The notes: a model not told the origin generated them from the sequence alone. 63,835 nt of DNA, filler included, from Neoconidiobolus thromboides FSU 785 (GCA_025603075.1; 9 parts of 9 records of this genome joined end to end with filler, not necessarily neighbours in it); one strand, 5' to 3'; positions 41,939 to 57,064 are shown, counted from the first letter of the whole stretch. Made by a program: numbers and translations.

Positions 41939-42037
41939 GGGGGTGTTTTTTTTGACTTCATTACTTTTTCCATTTTTTAAGCGCTATTTAAGTGGAAAAT
42001 TTGTTAGTGAAATTCTTAAATATAAAAATACATCCTC
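41939..42037 (-). mobile_element. 99-bp MITE, followed by a half copy at 42042-42100
   Basis: GGGGGTGTTTTTTTTGACTTCATT...ATACATCCTC-ATAT. Confidence 0.88.
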
Positions 42038-42424
42038 ATATCTTTCCCTCAATAGCACTTAAAAGATGAAAAAAGTCCTAAAGCCAAAAAAAACATCCTC
42101 ATACAATGAAACAAAGTGATGAAAGAGGTAACGAAAGGATATACAAAAACAAAGTAGGTGTCTATGTTGGCATCAAAATGCTAAAAAGGCTTTAAGGTAG
42201 CAAATCAGTATTATATTATTTCAACTACATAAAAAGAAGTCCAAATTGTTTACTAATTCTATAATGATCATTTAAAAAATTATTAAACTTCACTGATAAC
42301 ATATTAAATAAGTACTAAAATTTGATTATAAAGCTTGAATTACAAAGGTTATAAAGTGATTATATTGTAAAATAAATGAATTAATAGTCAGCTTAATGAT
42401 ACAAATTAAAACAACAAAAATTAT

Positions 42425-42523
42425 GGGGATGTATTTTTGTGTTTAAGAATTTTACTAACAAATTTTCCACTTAAATAGCGCTTAAAAAATGGAAAAAATA
42501 ATGAAGTCAAAAAAAACACCCCC
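42425..42523 (+). mobile_element. 99-bp MITE, TTAT TSD
   Basis: TTAT at 42421-24 and 42524-27 (non-palindromic, so a true direct duplication). Confidence 0.92.
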
Positions 42524-42755
42524 TTATGTTATTAAGTATAAGATTTAGTATATCAATTAATTTAATTATATTAAAATTTTGTTTAATAGTAGCTAAATAC
42601 AGTCTAAGATACTATTTTTGATTAAAATAAAACAAAACTAAATTTAAGTAAATCAAATTAAATTTAAATAAGTCAAACTAAATAAATATTAATTACTTAT
42701 AGTTTTGTCAATGTTACATAACATAATTACATTAACTTATTATTAATTAATATAT

Positions 42756-42853
42756 GGGAGTGTTTTTTTTGACTTCATTATTTTTTCCATTTTTAAGCGC
42801 CATTTGGGCGGAAAAATTATTAGTAAAATTCTTAAACACAAAAATACATCCCC
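42756..42853 (-). mobile_element. 98-bp MITE, ATAT TSD
   Basis: ATAT at 42752-55 and 42854-57. Confidence 0.9.
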
Positions 42854-43172
42854 ATATATTATTTTCAGCTTATTTTATTTAAAAAATAATATAAAACTTG
42901 GGATTAAAACAAAAAAAATAAAAAATAAAACAAAAAATGTGAAAATAAAATATAAAAAATCATAAAATGAAAAAAATTAGCGATAATTTGTCTTATTTAA
43001 TTAAATTTCTTATTTAAATTATAACTAAATTAGTCATAAGATTATAATTATTGTAAAAGTTAACACTCAACAGTTAGAGCTAAAAACAATATTTACTTAA
43101 TTAACTGACTATAAAGCAAAAAATCTTAGTTTATATAGCCAAATTAGACTTAAAATAATAAAAATAATAAAC

Positions 43173-43262
43173 AAAGATGTTCAAGTTAGTTTCAGAATTT
43201 AATTAGAAATTAATCCAAATTTTAAGCTTTCAAATTTATAAGAAGCCGAAAAAAACACTCCC
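43173..43262 (+). mobile_element. 90-bp second non-autonomous derivative with Sola-like left end and MITE-like right end
   Basis: GTTCAAGTTAGTTTCAGAATTT resembles 317-345; ends GAAAAAAAACACTCCC-ATAT. Confidence 0.55.
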
Positions 43263-43538
43263 ATATATTTATTTGGCCTTATTTTATATTAAAATAAAAA
43301 TAAAGTATAAGCTTTTATAATTAAACTTTGAAATTGTGAAATACCATCTGAATTTGTAAGTAATTTTGTAAATTATTTATTAGCATTAGTATCAAAATTT
43401 AAGTTTTGGCAACACAAAGATCTAAAAATTGCAATATAAAAAAAAATAAAACATTAACTTTTTGGTACATTTTTACTAACTTTAGCATAAACCCAAATAG
43501 CATTTGTTAATAAAAATAGGATATTAAAAATCTCAATT

Positions 43539-46125
43539 TTACTTAACCAACAATCTAAAGCAGGCAGCTTGAATCAATTTATAAGCATCTAAAACAGGAT
43601 TTAAATCCACTAATAATAAACTATCATCTTCATTCTTTAATCTCAATTTTAATTGTGTTTGTAAATTGTGAATTTGATTAACTTGTTCTATTGTAAAATT
43701 AGAATTATGATCTAAAATAGGTTATTTACTGTTATAAAACCAGTTAATAAAAACTTACTGTTAACCACTTCAGTTGCCTTAAATAGTATAACAAATTTAA
43801 TAAACCAAGGGATGGATATTGTTTTGAAATTTATCAATTGTAATAATATATTTGAACTTTGCTCATAATTTTTATTCTAAATAATTTATCATTATTAATC
43901 AAAAATAGACTTTAATATTACTTACTTCTAACGATTGATCAAAATCCTTTAATAATCCCCAATAGTCTTTAAATTCGGTCAAATATTGAATCAAATTACT
44001 GACATATTCGTTATAATAGGAGTGATCTATAAATAAATAAATAAATAAGTGGTACCAAAAGGAAATATATATTAATTTACCATCCTTAAAATATTTCATC
44101 AATATAAAACAATAAATGTTCTCTTTTAATTCATAATCTTTTTCTTTTAATTGAATCAAATATTTAAAACTTAATATAATTTGTTTTTGTTGCAATAACA
44201 ACTCAATAAATCTCTAATTTTAAAATTAATTATTTTCGATTTTCACCTATTGTTATCTTTTTAATTACCTTACAAATAAAATTAAATTCTTTAATTAATT
44301 TTAACTTATTACATAGATATAATAATCTATCAACAAATTTTTTGTTTTTTACTGAGATCTTCTCAATTACCTAAAATTTAAAATATATTAATATACTATT
44401 ATATTATTACTATAAAATCAAGCCTACCTTTAGCGATATTTCAAACTCTATTGGTTGGATTTGGGCTAAGTAAAATAAATTTGTATCTACCAGATAAGAT
44501 TCTGTTGTAATATTTAAACAATTCATAAAATTAATTATTCCTTCTTTCTTTTGGTGCATTAAAAAAGATCTATTTAAAATATCAATAAGCATATTGATTC
44601 CTTTAGAGTTTCAATAAAATTTTACTTTTCACTTACAACTTCTCTCGATTGGTAAATCCTTTCACTTTTTAATATTAAATCACTTAAATGAACTTCCATC
44701 CACGGATCAATTTTTCGACAATATAATATAAACTAAAATAAAAATAAAAATAATAACTTAAACATCAAATTATCTCAATACAAATCCTTACATTTTTCCA
44801 TTCTTTACAAAATAAAAAATAAAAACTTAACTCAACATCTTGTTTACCAATAATATAATATTTTTTACATATAGCAATTATTTCACTATAAAATGAAAAT
44901 TTTAATTACTCTATTTTAACTTAATAAACCCAAAAAACTTACTCAATCTGTTCAAACATAACTATTGGAAATACAAGGTTTAATAAACTAACAAATAACT
45001 CCATCCAACTTTCAGTATATTTGACAATAATATTAATTAAATTCTCCATATCATCACTATATCCTGCTACTATTTTTAATAAATCTAATATTACTATTCG
45101 TTCTTCATATGAATTGATACTTTCTTTTTTTTCTTTGATAATGTCAGCTTCTTCCTTATTAATACTATTTTTTGCTAATAAGCTCTTTTGTTTTTTCCAT
45201 TCAGTTAGCTTAAGTCCATATTCTTCTATTGTTTCATGTTGTGAATTAAACATCGGCTCACTTTGATAAATTAACTAAGTTTAAAACACATACATTATTC
45301 CTTATTTAATAATTATAGAATTATGCTTACTTTAATTAATTTTATTATTGGTGTTTGTGGTAAATAATCAATTAATTTTAACGCTGTTTTTTTCTGTCCT
45401 CTTAATACGCACCTAAAATTATTTGTTAATGTGTTAACTACAATTGGTTTTAAATTTTAGAATAAAATTTACTTCATGACCATAGGCAAAAACAACTCAT
45501 GTTCATGTGGTACTCTTTGATTCATAATAAAATTGATCTGTGTTGGAGTAGTTACTAATATAATAAAAACATTAATTCCTTTAAATTACTATCCATCACA
45601 AATCTCATTCACTTTACATATAAAATTATCGTTGAACCAATTAATATATTTTTCAGAAAATAACTCTTTTTTTCCATTATCTCCAAGTATTAAAGTAACT
45701 AAACTCCAGATTTTTTTTATCCATAGAAATCTATTGTATTCAAATTGGACTTCTTCTGTTTCTATATTCTAGTTTATTTAATGGATAAAATATTTATTAT
45801 TGAATATCCTAAATTACCTTAATAACTTCCAAGTAAGCATCAATTTGTTGCATATATTTTTTGTTGAATAGATTTAATTGTGTACTTGTTAAACAAGCTT
45901 CACCTTTTTTTTTATTAAAACTTAACAATCATTAAAATTTTATATTTCAAAATTAAAAACTTAATTGCTTACTCAAACCCAGTTTCTTCTTTATAGACCT
46001 CATTAACCTCCTTATAAATTGACGAAGAATATATAATTAACTAATATCTAATTAGCATGTTGTTGATTGAATCATTATAATCCGTTTACTTGATTCTTGG
46101 AATATAAATAATAATTCAACGTCAT
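43539..46125 (-). CDS. NUP85: Nucleoporin Nup85, paralog B, multi-exon
   Basis: IWSLVTLIL..YINWFN..PHEHELFLPMVMKCVLRGQKKTALKLI; LLKIVAG..ESWMELFVSLLNLVFP; joins ORFs 44939, 44410, 43899. Start codon uncertain. Confidence 0.65.
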
Positions 46126-46319
46126 TATTTTAATAAAGCTATTATTTTTTAAAAATAAGACTTTATCCCTAATCCTTACTTATTGCAAAAAAGGGTACTG
46201 CAATTATTGCAGTTAACATAGTCATGACAAAACCATAAAAGTGGCTTAGCTTTATTCTAAATATTTCAGCTTAAAAAAGTATTTTTTAATCTCGATTAAA
46301 TAACAAAACAATAAACAAT

Positions 46320-47123
46320 ATGGATTATGTTGAATCCTCTCGGAGTCCCTTTAAATGTATATTTCCTTCTATCAATTGGAATTTATTTGGTACCAATCAA
46401 CGAAGTTTTTTAATTTATTCTTCTGGTTTTATTGTAAGTAAATTTCCGTTCTATTTTAATTTCATTACTTTTTAGCAAAAGTTGAAAATTTGATTGATAA
46501 CTAACCATCTTAAATAAAAAGTTTGCTCTCTCTTGGTGGGTTTTTGTTGATGGTATAATATCTAGTCATTTAGCTAAAGATAACCCAACTCCTCCTGGTG
46601 TTGAAGATTATATTGTTGGAGCTATTTCGACGTTTGGGATGATTATGTAAGTTTTTTTAAATCTCATTAAATTATAAAAAATGATAATTTTTAATACTTA
46701 TTACTCATTAAAGTGTTAATTCCATTGATCCAGCATTAATTAAAGGAGAATCCTTTTCTTACTCTAGTTCAAGTGTAGCTTGGAAAGCAAGATTATTATT
46801 ATTTTTTGGTATTACTTGTAATGTTGGGGCTTTAATCGGGGCTGCGGTAGGTTTTATTAATCATTTTAATCTAACTGTTTTAATATTTTTAAAAAAAAAT
46901 GATAGACCATTTCAACTATTAAATATTATACCAAAACTACTCCAGTAAGTTACGTAGGTACTGGCTTATTGTTTGAGACTTTTGGGATTTTAGTGAGGTA
47001 AACTGATGATAATAATTGATTTGGTTATTTTTTAATTTACATATTTTATTATTTAGTTGTATTATTTTATGGACAGCTCAATCAATGGAAGCAGATGGTG
47101 TTTATAATATTGTATTAAGTTAA
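46320..47123 (+). CDS. VPS68: Vps68/TMEM50 (UPF0220) family membrane protein, multi-exon
   Basis: GWWVFVDG, VEDYIVGAISTFGMI..NSID, AWKARLLFF. Confidence 0.85.
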
Positions 47124-47314
47124 AAAATTATAAATTCTTCAAATTAAATATCATAAAAACTATATTATCTTCTACTTTATCTATTTATTTATTTATTTAT
47201 TTATATAAAAACTAATATAATTAAAAAAACTAAGTATAAAATTAATCCGATTTTTATTTGATAGAAATCGCATTTAGCTATATCAAATAAACAACACTTC
47301 ACTTAATAAAACAA

Positions 47315-50155
47315 TCAAAAATAGGCAGGACAAGAAGTAGAAAAAGGCAATAATGGGTTAGAATCAATACTTGGATCGTAATTATCAGAATCTTCATTAA
47401 ATTCACATTCTCTTTTTATATTTTTAACTTGTGATTTATTACTAAATTTATTATTATTATTATTATTTATGTTATTGTTGCTATTTATATTATTATTATT
47501 ATTAATTGTTTCATCATATAATTGTTTCATCCACATATCATAATACATGCCATTAGGGTTATTCATCAATTCGTTATGTGAACCTCTTTCAATAATTTCG
47601 CCTTGATTTAAAACTAATATAATATCTGCTTCAATAATAGTACTTAACCTATGAGCAATAATTAAAGTAGTTCTACCTTTTGTAATTGATTTTAATGAAG
47701 ATTGAATTTGTCTTTCAGTTGTTGTATCTAATGCAGAAGTAGCTTCATCTAATAATACAATTTTTGGATCTCTTAAAAATGTTCTTGCTATTGCTATTCT
47801 TTGTTTTTCACCACCTGATAATCTTAATCCACGTTCACCTACTTTAGTATGATATTGATCTGGGAAGCTTAATATTCTTTCATGAATTTGAGCTGCTTTT
47901 GCTGCAATTTCAATTTCTTGCTTTGTTGAATTAATTTTTCCATATAATATATTATAATATAAATCTTCATTGAATAATACAGAATCTTGTGGTACTACTC
48001 CTATTGATTTTCTTAAATCTTTTTGTTTCATATCTCTTATATCTTTATTATCAATTAATATTTGGCCTGAATTAATATCATAGAATCGAAATAATAGTCT
48101 TAATATAGTTGATTTACCCCCGCCAGATGGACCAACTAACGCAACTGTTGAACCAGAAGGTACTTTAAATGATATATTTTTTAATATTGATAATCTACTA
48201 TCGTAATGAAATGATACATTTTTAAATTCAATTTCCCCTTTTATTATATTAAATTCTTTTACATTTAAGTTATCGTTAATTTCAATCGGCACTTTAAATA
48301 AATCTAACATATTTTCCATATCAATAAAATTCTTTTGAATTGTTCTATAATAACCACCAAACCAATTTAACGGACCATATAACTGATCAATATAAGCAAT
48401 TATCCAAATAAATTCATTTAAATTAATTTGTTTATTAATTATACGATATGCTCCAATTAAACATCCAACTAATAGTCCTATTTGTATTATTATGTTTTGT
48501 AATGTATTTAATATGGAAGATACTACTTTAGTTTCTAAATCAGCATTTTGATATTTATCAATTGATTTAGCATATTGATTTACTTCAAATTCTTCATTAC
48601 CAAAATATTTAATTGTTTCAAAGTTTAATAAAGAATCAACTGCTCTTGCTTCCATTTCATTATCTAGTTTATTACATCGTCTTCTATATTTTGTTCTCCA
48701 ATCCGTTAATTTAACTGTTAAGATTATATATAAACTAGTAGTTAAAAATACTACTCCTCCAATATAAATATCAAATTTTGTTACAAATACTATTATTGCT
48801 ACTCCGATATCTATTAATGTTGGTATTATATTAAATAATACTGCATTTAATACGGATACTACACTAGCTACCCCACGATCTAATAAATTTGTATTTTATT
48901 ATTATTTATTCAATTATTTAATGTAGTTTTTTTTTATTTTACCTTGAACCCTTAATATCTCTCCAGTTTTACGGTTAAGATGAAATCTAATAGATAAATT
49001 ATGTAAATGTTGTAACATACTAACAGAAAGTTCACGAGTAGTATACTAAATAAATATTTTAAATATACAGATATTACATATAAAAAAACAAATAATATAT
49101 TACCTGGCTTACAGGAATCCAGACAAAGGTTTGAACATTATTTAATAACCCAATACTACCCTGTAATGATCTTAATAAGACAAATATACCAATTTCCATA
49201 TATGGTATATTTTCTGTTAATGGCTTATCTTCAGAAGATAAGGCTTTAATAACTAAAGAATATTGCCTTGGCATTAAAAAATTCACTAATCTACCCGCTA
49301 TTATTTGTTTAAAAAAATAGTGTATTAAAAATATTATCATATAAATTTAATCAATAGAAACTTACCCAACATTAAAATGATGGAAATTATAATTAATATT
49401 TTTAACTTTATTGAATCTTTGGGCCATAAAAAAGGTAATATTTGTCTTACTTTACGATTAAAATGCTGAATGCCCTTAAATTGATTTGTACTTAATTCTT
49501 CCTCAATCGCGTTTTTTTTACGTTTATTTTTTAAATAAAAATTACACTCACAATTTGTATTCTCTTCACTTTCCCTTTCTCTTTCATCCCAAGATAGCTT
49601 AATAATGGTATAAAGATAAATTTCATAACAAGTAGTGAAAAAACTTAATAATAATTGAGAAATGAAGATAATAGAATAGACTATTGTTATTTTATGGAAT
49701 TGAATAAGCAATGAGACAAGGAGTATTAGACTACTGATTAATAGTGAACGTAATACAATTATAAAATTCAACTTTAATTTTAAACTTTGATAATGATAAT
49801 TAATAATCAATTGAAAATTTAAAAAATAATAAATACTTATTACGCCGCTTATTAACTGATTTAACAATTTCCCTTTGATATTTTCTTTTTCTTCAATTTC
49901 AAATTGAATATAAATAAATTGAATTAATGTATATAATAGTAGAATAGTGTTTAAAAATATTTGGATTTTATTGATTTTGTTGATATAAATTGTTGGACAT
50001 TGAATATTTGGTTCTTCATTTAAACTAGTATAATTGCTTGTGGTGCCACTTGTTCTCAATAGACTAGACAAACTTTTATATTTTAAACAAAGTAAGCTTA
50101 AGGATAGATAAGTGATCCATGATATGGGTAATACGATTAGTAGATATATGATCAT
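47315..50155 (-). CDS. HMT1: ABCB6/Hmt1-type half ABC transporter
   Basis: N-terminal TM extension, FHLNRKTGDILRV.DRG, VDSLLNFETIKYF, PLNWFG.YYR.IQ..FIDMENM, GPSGGGKST, LSGGEKQRIAIAR. Confidence 0.9.
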
Positions 50156-50676
50156 TTTTAAATTTGATTTTTTTTTGTATTGTTTTATTAAAAAATAAGA
50201 AATAAAAAAATAAAAGTTGAAAATTTTGTCATTTTAGTTTTATATTATGCGAACTTGAAATTTAGAGTTTTTATTTTTAGTAAAAATAAAGGTGTAACTG
50301 GTTTGCTTAGTAAATGGTCCTCTTATTTTTTTATAAGCTTTAGGAGTTTAAAGAATGATTTCAGTAAATAGATTCGTAATTAATTAAATTAAAATAGTGA
50401 ATAATATTACTTAATTTATTAAAATATATTTATGTTAACTTTATAAGTTAATTCACATTTTACATTTAAGATGTTATTAAAACTATCTATAAAAAATAGG
50501 TTATATTATATTTTGTTTTAAAAAACCTTAGAGCTCTAATAAAAGTACTTTAATAAAAAATATTTAAATTTGAATTCTTAAATTACAATTATAGCAGTAT
50601 TTATTAGCTCAAAATAGATAAATATTTTTTGTGTCACCTTCCTTCTCCTTCTTGATTCTTTAAAGAACTTTTCTTT

Positions 50677-51088
50677 TTAATTCTTTGAATACCTTTTCTT
50701 TTTTAATATTTTCTCTTCAATCTCTTCCACTTCTTCCAAGACTTCTTCTTCATCTGCCTCCATCACTTGTGGTCTTGGAAAAAAATTTTGACTAGCCATA
50801 AAACTAAAAAAGAATAAGCCAATCAATTAATAAAAATTAATTATAAAAACCCATTTATCAATCATCATTCATATTATTTTGTATAATTAAACTTAAATTC
50901 AACAATAAAAAAACTTACAATGAAGCTGATACTTCTGCTAGTTTTAATGTATGTTCAGCATTTGCTTTCACTTCATATAACAAACTGGAAGTTGTGAATA
51001 CGCTATCTTGTAATTGAACTAGTTCTCGGGTAAGATTTTCATATAATTTGATTCGCTTTTCAACATCCTGTTGGGTGCTTTTATCCAT
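50677..51088 (-). CDS. HSK3: DASH complex subunit Hsk3-like, 2 exons
   Basis: KRIKLYENLTRELVQLQDSVFTTSSLLYEVKANAEHTLKLAEVSASF|FMASQNFF matches the Hsk3 pattern; intron 50804-50918. Confidence 0.7.
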
Positions 51089-51544
51089 CTTTTTGGGTTT
51101 ATGATAAGAATGATTGACCTTTAATGTTTCCTTTTTCTAAAAAAGCTTCGTTATTGGACCTCTAGAAAGAATATAAAAATTGAAAAACCAAAACTACTTT
51201 TTTTAAAATTAACAAACTTTCAAGTTTATTGCAGAAATTGCAAAGTTGAAATTATTTTTAAGATTACTATCCTTTGTTTCGATGTGTTAATACTAGTACT
51301 TTAGATTATCTATTTAAAACAAATACTATGTTTTATTAATTGAATAAAGTGGCTTTATATCAATCCTTTTATTATATAGTTTAATTAGATTTTTTATTAG
51401 TTAATAAACCGTAACTAAACTCCTCCCATTTTTTAAAATAAAGCAAAATAAAGCAAAAGTTTCAAGAATCAAAACGTAATTTCTACAACGAAATAAACAT
51501 CAAAGCTTGTAAATTTAAAAATATTTTTTTTTTATCTTATAAAA

Positions 51545-53975
51545 ATGCCACCTTTAAATACATCAACTCAATTATTAACTATAATAAAAAATAAGATACA
51601 AAATGGCGAACAAGAAGATTCTGTTATACCCAGTATGAAATCAATTGAAAAAGAACAGATTGAAAATATTATCAATGGTTTGAAAAATGAATTAAAAGGA
51701 GTTAAGGTAAGTTTTTTGATTGTTTGGAACATGAAAAAAAGTTGAAGAATTGATGTTTTTTTTATCATATAGGAAAAGAAAGATGAGTTAATTAAAAAGA
51801 AATCTAATAAGTTGAAGGATATTAATGAGTTCGGTGATAAAGTATTGAATAAAAGTATTGAATTACCTGAAAAATTAAAAGCAATTGAAGAAGAGATTGT
51901 AAATAAAGAAGATAATTTAAATATTCAGTTTGGAGTCTTGATGGAGAAATATAACAAAGCTCAAGATAATTATAAAATTCAAATAAAATTCATTAATAGT
52001 TTACAATATTTTAAAGAAGTAAGTTAATTTTAATGTTATTATTTTAAATTTTAATATGTTTTTCATTAGGTAAATAAAATTAAAGTTAACTTATTAACTC
52101 AGATTAACGATAAAGACTATTTAAATTCAATTTATACCTTTAAAAATTTAAATGAGCTAATCAACAATGACAAAGTTGAAAATAATAGTTTAATTATACA
52201 AAAATTAAAGGTAAAATAATAATATTTTATTAGATAATAATAAAATTTATAACATAATAATAATAGGATCATTTGTTATTAATTAAAACACAATTAATTG
52301 GATATATTGATGAAGAATTTAATAAAGAGATTAGTATCAATGAAAAAGAAATGATAATCAATAGGAATTTTATTAACGAAAATAATAAAATAGTTAATCA
52401 AGAAGAGAAAATAATAAGTAGAATGGAAGATTTATTGTTATGTAATGAATTATTAAATCAAAATGAACAAATAAATAAAATAATTAATTTTATTAATAAA
52501 CAAATAACAGCTATTATTAAGGAAAGTATTACTATTAATTATAAAGAGAACGACAATGAAATTCATATTCAGTTGACCAAAGATAAGAATCAAATGGAAT
52601 TAAGTAACAAATTAAATAACATATTACTATTTTTAAAATATATGAATACGATTTATCAAATTAATAAAATTAATGTAATTCAACAACAATTAAAAACGGA
52701 ATTTATTTATGACTTAGTTATTACATTAGTTAATAAAGAATTACCATTATCAAAGAATGGGATCGAACATTATAAAAATAAAAATTATCAACAAGTAAAA
52801 GAATTTGATAACAAAATTCAACAATATATTAATGTAGAGAATAATAATAATAATACAACATTAACAAATTACTTTAATAAATTAAATGACATTTATTTAA
52901 TTAATAAAAGAAAAGAGTTGATTTCATTAATTCGAGCTATTTTATTAGAAGAAAAATTCAATGTACTAGAAATTAATGAGGAAATTAAAGAGAATGAGAA
53001 TAGTATTAATATTAGTATCAACAATTTAATAGTTAATTTTGGACTTCCATTAACACTAAATAAATTGAATGTACCAGATACAATTGTTCGAATTATTATC
53101 AACTTTGAAGCTTATTTAAAAGAATTAGAAGATTACGAAAGGTAACTAAATAATTTTGATTTTTATATATTTATTTTAATTTATATTATCATTTGATTTT
53201 TAGTTCTGTGATTATTATTCAATCAATAAGAGATAGTATTAATTTATATATTATATTATTACCATTACGTCAAAAAATTCATTTTGATGAAAGAATATTA
53301 TTATTTAATGAAATGATTTATTTTATTAAAGAATTAATGCGATTACAATTTATTTATAGTAACAAAGGAGAAGATAAACAAATTGATATTGAATTGATGG
53401 ATTTTATTAAAATAATATTAAAAAAAGCAGATGAATTAATTATAGAAGAAGTAGATGAGTTCACATTACAAATGAAAGATATGTTAAATAATAATAATAA
53501 TAAAGGAATTGTATTTGAGAAATTAGAAGATAGTAAACAAATTAAAAAAATTGAAAACAAAATTCAATTAATAATTCAATTTATTAATAACTTTATACAA
53601 CATTTTCACTTATTAAATAATAAAATGATTCATTATTTATTATTAAATAAAATAATTATAATTATCAATGATTATTTAATTAATCAAATATTAATTTTAA
53701 ATGATATTGGTGCTAAAGAAAGTGATTTAATTAAAGATTTAATTGAACCTTATTATTTAATATTAAAACAAAGAAGCTTTGATCAACAATTTAATAGTAT
53801 TAAATTAGATTATTTAATTCATTTTATATTAATTAATTCTTTAAAAGATATAAAATTAAAATTGAATGATTTATTAATTTATTTCAATAAAGAAGATTTA
53901 ATTCATCTTATTTTGGCTTTATTTAACCCTTCAAATAATAGAGATCAACTTATTACTTTAATTGAAAATAAATAA
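51545..53975 (+). CDS. DSL1: Dsl1/ZW10-like tethering subunit, multi-exon
   Basis: Helical protein joined from ORFs 51545, 51812, 52273, 53193; C-terminal ILNDIGAKESDLI and IHLILALFNPSNNRDQLI resemble ZW10/Dsl1. Confidence 0.6.
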
Positions 53976-54062
53976 AGTATATTTTTGTTACTTTTTTGTT
54001 ATTATTCTATTTTTATTTTATTTTTATTTTATTTTATTTTATTATTTAGATTTGTATTATTA

Positions 54063-55275
54063 TTATTGAATTCTTTTTAATAATTTTTTGAATTCAATAA
54101 TTTTATAATGTAATGGAATCCAAATATAGTCTTTACCATATTTAGCATACATCAATCCAACACTAGCACCCGTAAGATGGGCCTAAGAAACAATATTATA
54201 AATAAAAACATTAAAAATATCAGCTTAAAATAAAACTTACAAAATGATCAAATGCTCTCCAACCTCTTACAATCCCTGTCAAATCCAACAACATAAAAGC
54301 AGCTAACATCCATTGTAAATCAAACTGTAAAAATGGTAAAAACATAATATTTGCTTTAGCTTCTGGAAAATGATAAGCAGTATAACCTACTAATGAAAAA
54401 ATAGCACCCGAAGCACCCAAACTAGGGATCAATTTAGATGCTTGATAAAATTTAGGCAATAAAGAAATAGCTGTTCTTCTTCCTAAAGAAGCAAAGATTC
54501 CACTAGTAAGATAAAAAGCTAAAAATTGTTCTGGTCCAAGTAATGTGCAGGAAATAGTGGCAAATGATTTAAGTGCAAACATATTAAGTACCAAATGCCA
54601 TAAATCTTTGTGACTAAATACACTGGTTAATAAAGTATAATATTTATTAGAGGTTGGATAATGTAAAAAATGAGTGTTTAAAAAAGGTTGAAATTTAGGT
54701 ATTCTAAATGCTAAGAAAACTAAAGTATTAACTGCTATTATAGAATAAATCATTTTATCTTGCTTGGTTAACAAAGTTAACTCAGATTTAATGAAATCAA
54801 TTCGATTCAATATTTCTGTTTTTATAAATGTCCACCCATCTTCTTCTATTTGATTAATTGGTTCATTATTTTTATTTAAATTAAACAAATTTTCTAATCC
54901 ATTTTGAATCATCTGAATGGAATTATTTGACATTCTATTGACTGCACTATTTTTTATATTATATTGATAGATTAATGCAGATACGGTAAATATTAAACTG
55001 GATGTTATAAATGTAAACGATAATGCCCCTCCCATATTACCTGTATTGGGATCATACTCAGACTCTTCTTGTCTTTGTCCTTGTTGTGGGGCAACTCGAT
55101 AACTTGGTGTAATTCTACCTAACCGATAATTCTTTATAAAATTTAAACTAGGTTGATTAATTAATCGCTGAAATTTTAGTGGCTTGACTAAAAGATTGTA
55201 ATTTATCGTATACTTAGTCATGGGCTTCAATTGTCTAAGAGTTAGTGCAGATAATAAATTTTTTGTTTTGATCAT
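54063..55275 (-). CDS. PCP1: Mitochondrial rhomboid protease (Pcp1/PARL), 2 exons
   Basis: Presequence-like N-terminus; SVFSHKDLWHLVLNM, LGASGAIF catalytic Ser, spliced FDHF|AHLTG catalytic His. Confidence 0.9.
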
Positions 55276-56575
55276 TTTTTTTGATTTCGAGAAAGTAAAA
55301 GCTAAGTTTAAAGTTTTGGTAAGTTTTAATCGGCTAAAATAAAAATTCAACATTTTCTAGAATAATTAAGTTGATTGTTTTGTTAGGAATTCTATGTTTC
55401 TATTAAAAATAATTTAAATTGAAATAGAAAATTAATGTATATTGTCATTTTCCATTTTAATTAGACAAAGTTACAATAAAGTTATCTTTTTCAATCGGTT
55501 TTGATAAAAACCATTGTTATTTTATCTTTTCATAAATTTCAATTATTTACACCAAATCCAGAGTGGTAAAGGTATAATATTATAGTAGTAAACAGTTTCC
55601 TCCAATAAACTAAGCTTTGTTTAGTAGAATAAATTGGTTATTGCAACCAGTAATATTAGTACTTTTTTCAGTAGGGGATAAAGATATTAATGAAAAACTT
55701 GATAATGAACATTATTAAAGTCACTTATGATATAAAAGGATCTTACCTTTCGCTCTGGTCAGATTTTTGTTTCTATTCTACTACTAAGATGGGATAGCTA
55801 GATTTGTATTTATAAAATATTGACACCATCAAGTTTAACTTTAGAGACTTGGAATTACTTTTATTGAAATAGATGAGAGTTTGTGGCACTAGAATCAATA
55901 GAGCATTTATTTAATTTCCACATTGTAATTTACATTATAGATATTTTTTAAATACATTTTTTTACATGCCTTTATGTCATATTGTTTCCAACTGAAGTTG
56001 TAGTAGCTGTTATTATCAGGATCGCTAATCGAATCACCTACTCTCCAAAGTTTGATGCTATGATTAAAGAGGATCTAATAAGAATTGAATATAATGTAGA
56101 AAATAAAGACGAATATTAAAGTTATAACTAACTTTAAAATGTATATATTAAGGTTAGATGTAAAATGTGGTTAATTAATACATTTTATACTCATAGAAAG
56201 TATATAAGCAATTGGCTATCTTCCTTTGGATATCTATTTTTTAATACTGACTCTATTATTTGTTCCTGAAGATATGCTTTTAAATTCCTTTAGCTATGTT
56301 AATTCAGTTAACTTGATCCAAAGTATAGATTTTATCTTACAATTGTTTGAGAAGACTTCAAAGATACCCATTTCTATTGGTTAAGTATTGGACTTTACCC
56401 CTTACATTATTTCAACTTATCGGCTGGTAGGTCACTAAGTTTGAAGACCTCAACGCCCTTGTAACTTTCATATACAAATCTTTGCTAACTATATCTAAGT
56501 TGAGAGGTGATGTAAATTCAAACTCAAATTTTGATTTAAGCCAACAAAATTTATCTTTTTTTTATAAAAGCTAAA

Positions 56576-57064
56576 AAGTTAACTTTAAAGCATAATAAAA
56601 CAAAAGGTTATAGTTTACATGTCAATTAATTGAAACAAGCTAAATTCAAATCTTCAGTAAATTTGATTTATACAATAATTTGATGTTATTAAATATACAT
56701 TATTATTTGAAGAAGCATTAGTGAGCATTTTACATAAATATAAGATAACTGGATGATGTAATAGTTATTTAAGTAAAGTATGAATCCATATCATGTGAAA
56801 GAGTAGATAAAGATTTCCCAATTATTAAGGAACTTAGACAATATGCCAGTTGTAAAAAAGTGAAGTATTGTAATAAGGAATATCAAATCAATGACTAGAA
56901 ATGATGCCACAATAAAGAGTATAAAAAATTTAAAGGACTTGAAGAGTTACTATAAATCAATATTTTACTATCTAATCGACTATTAAACCTTAATGAAGAT
57001 AAAAAGAAGCTATTTTTTGAATTAAAACATCATGAACTAAAGGAATGAGATGAAAATTGATATG
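56576..57064 (+). repeat. Right arm of 489-bp inverted repeat (SMYD pseudogene copy)
   Basis: Reverse complement of 30800-31288, about 7 transitions and no indels by eye; ends at contig end. Confidence 0.95.

Noticed and set aside
55600-56570. Slightly GC-richer stretches resembling decayed coding sequence (also 31400-31800, 61950-62400)
   Set aside because: Multiple stops in all frames and no motif I can identify.
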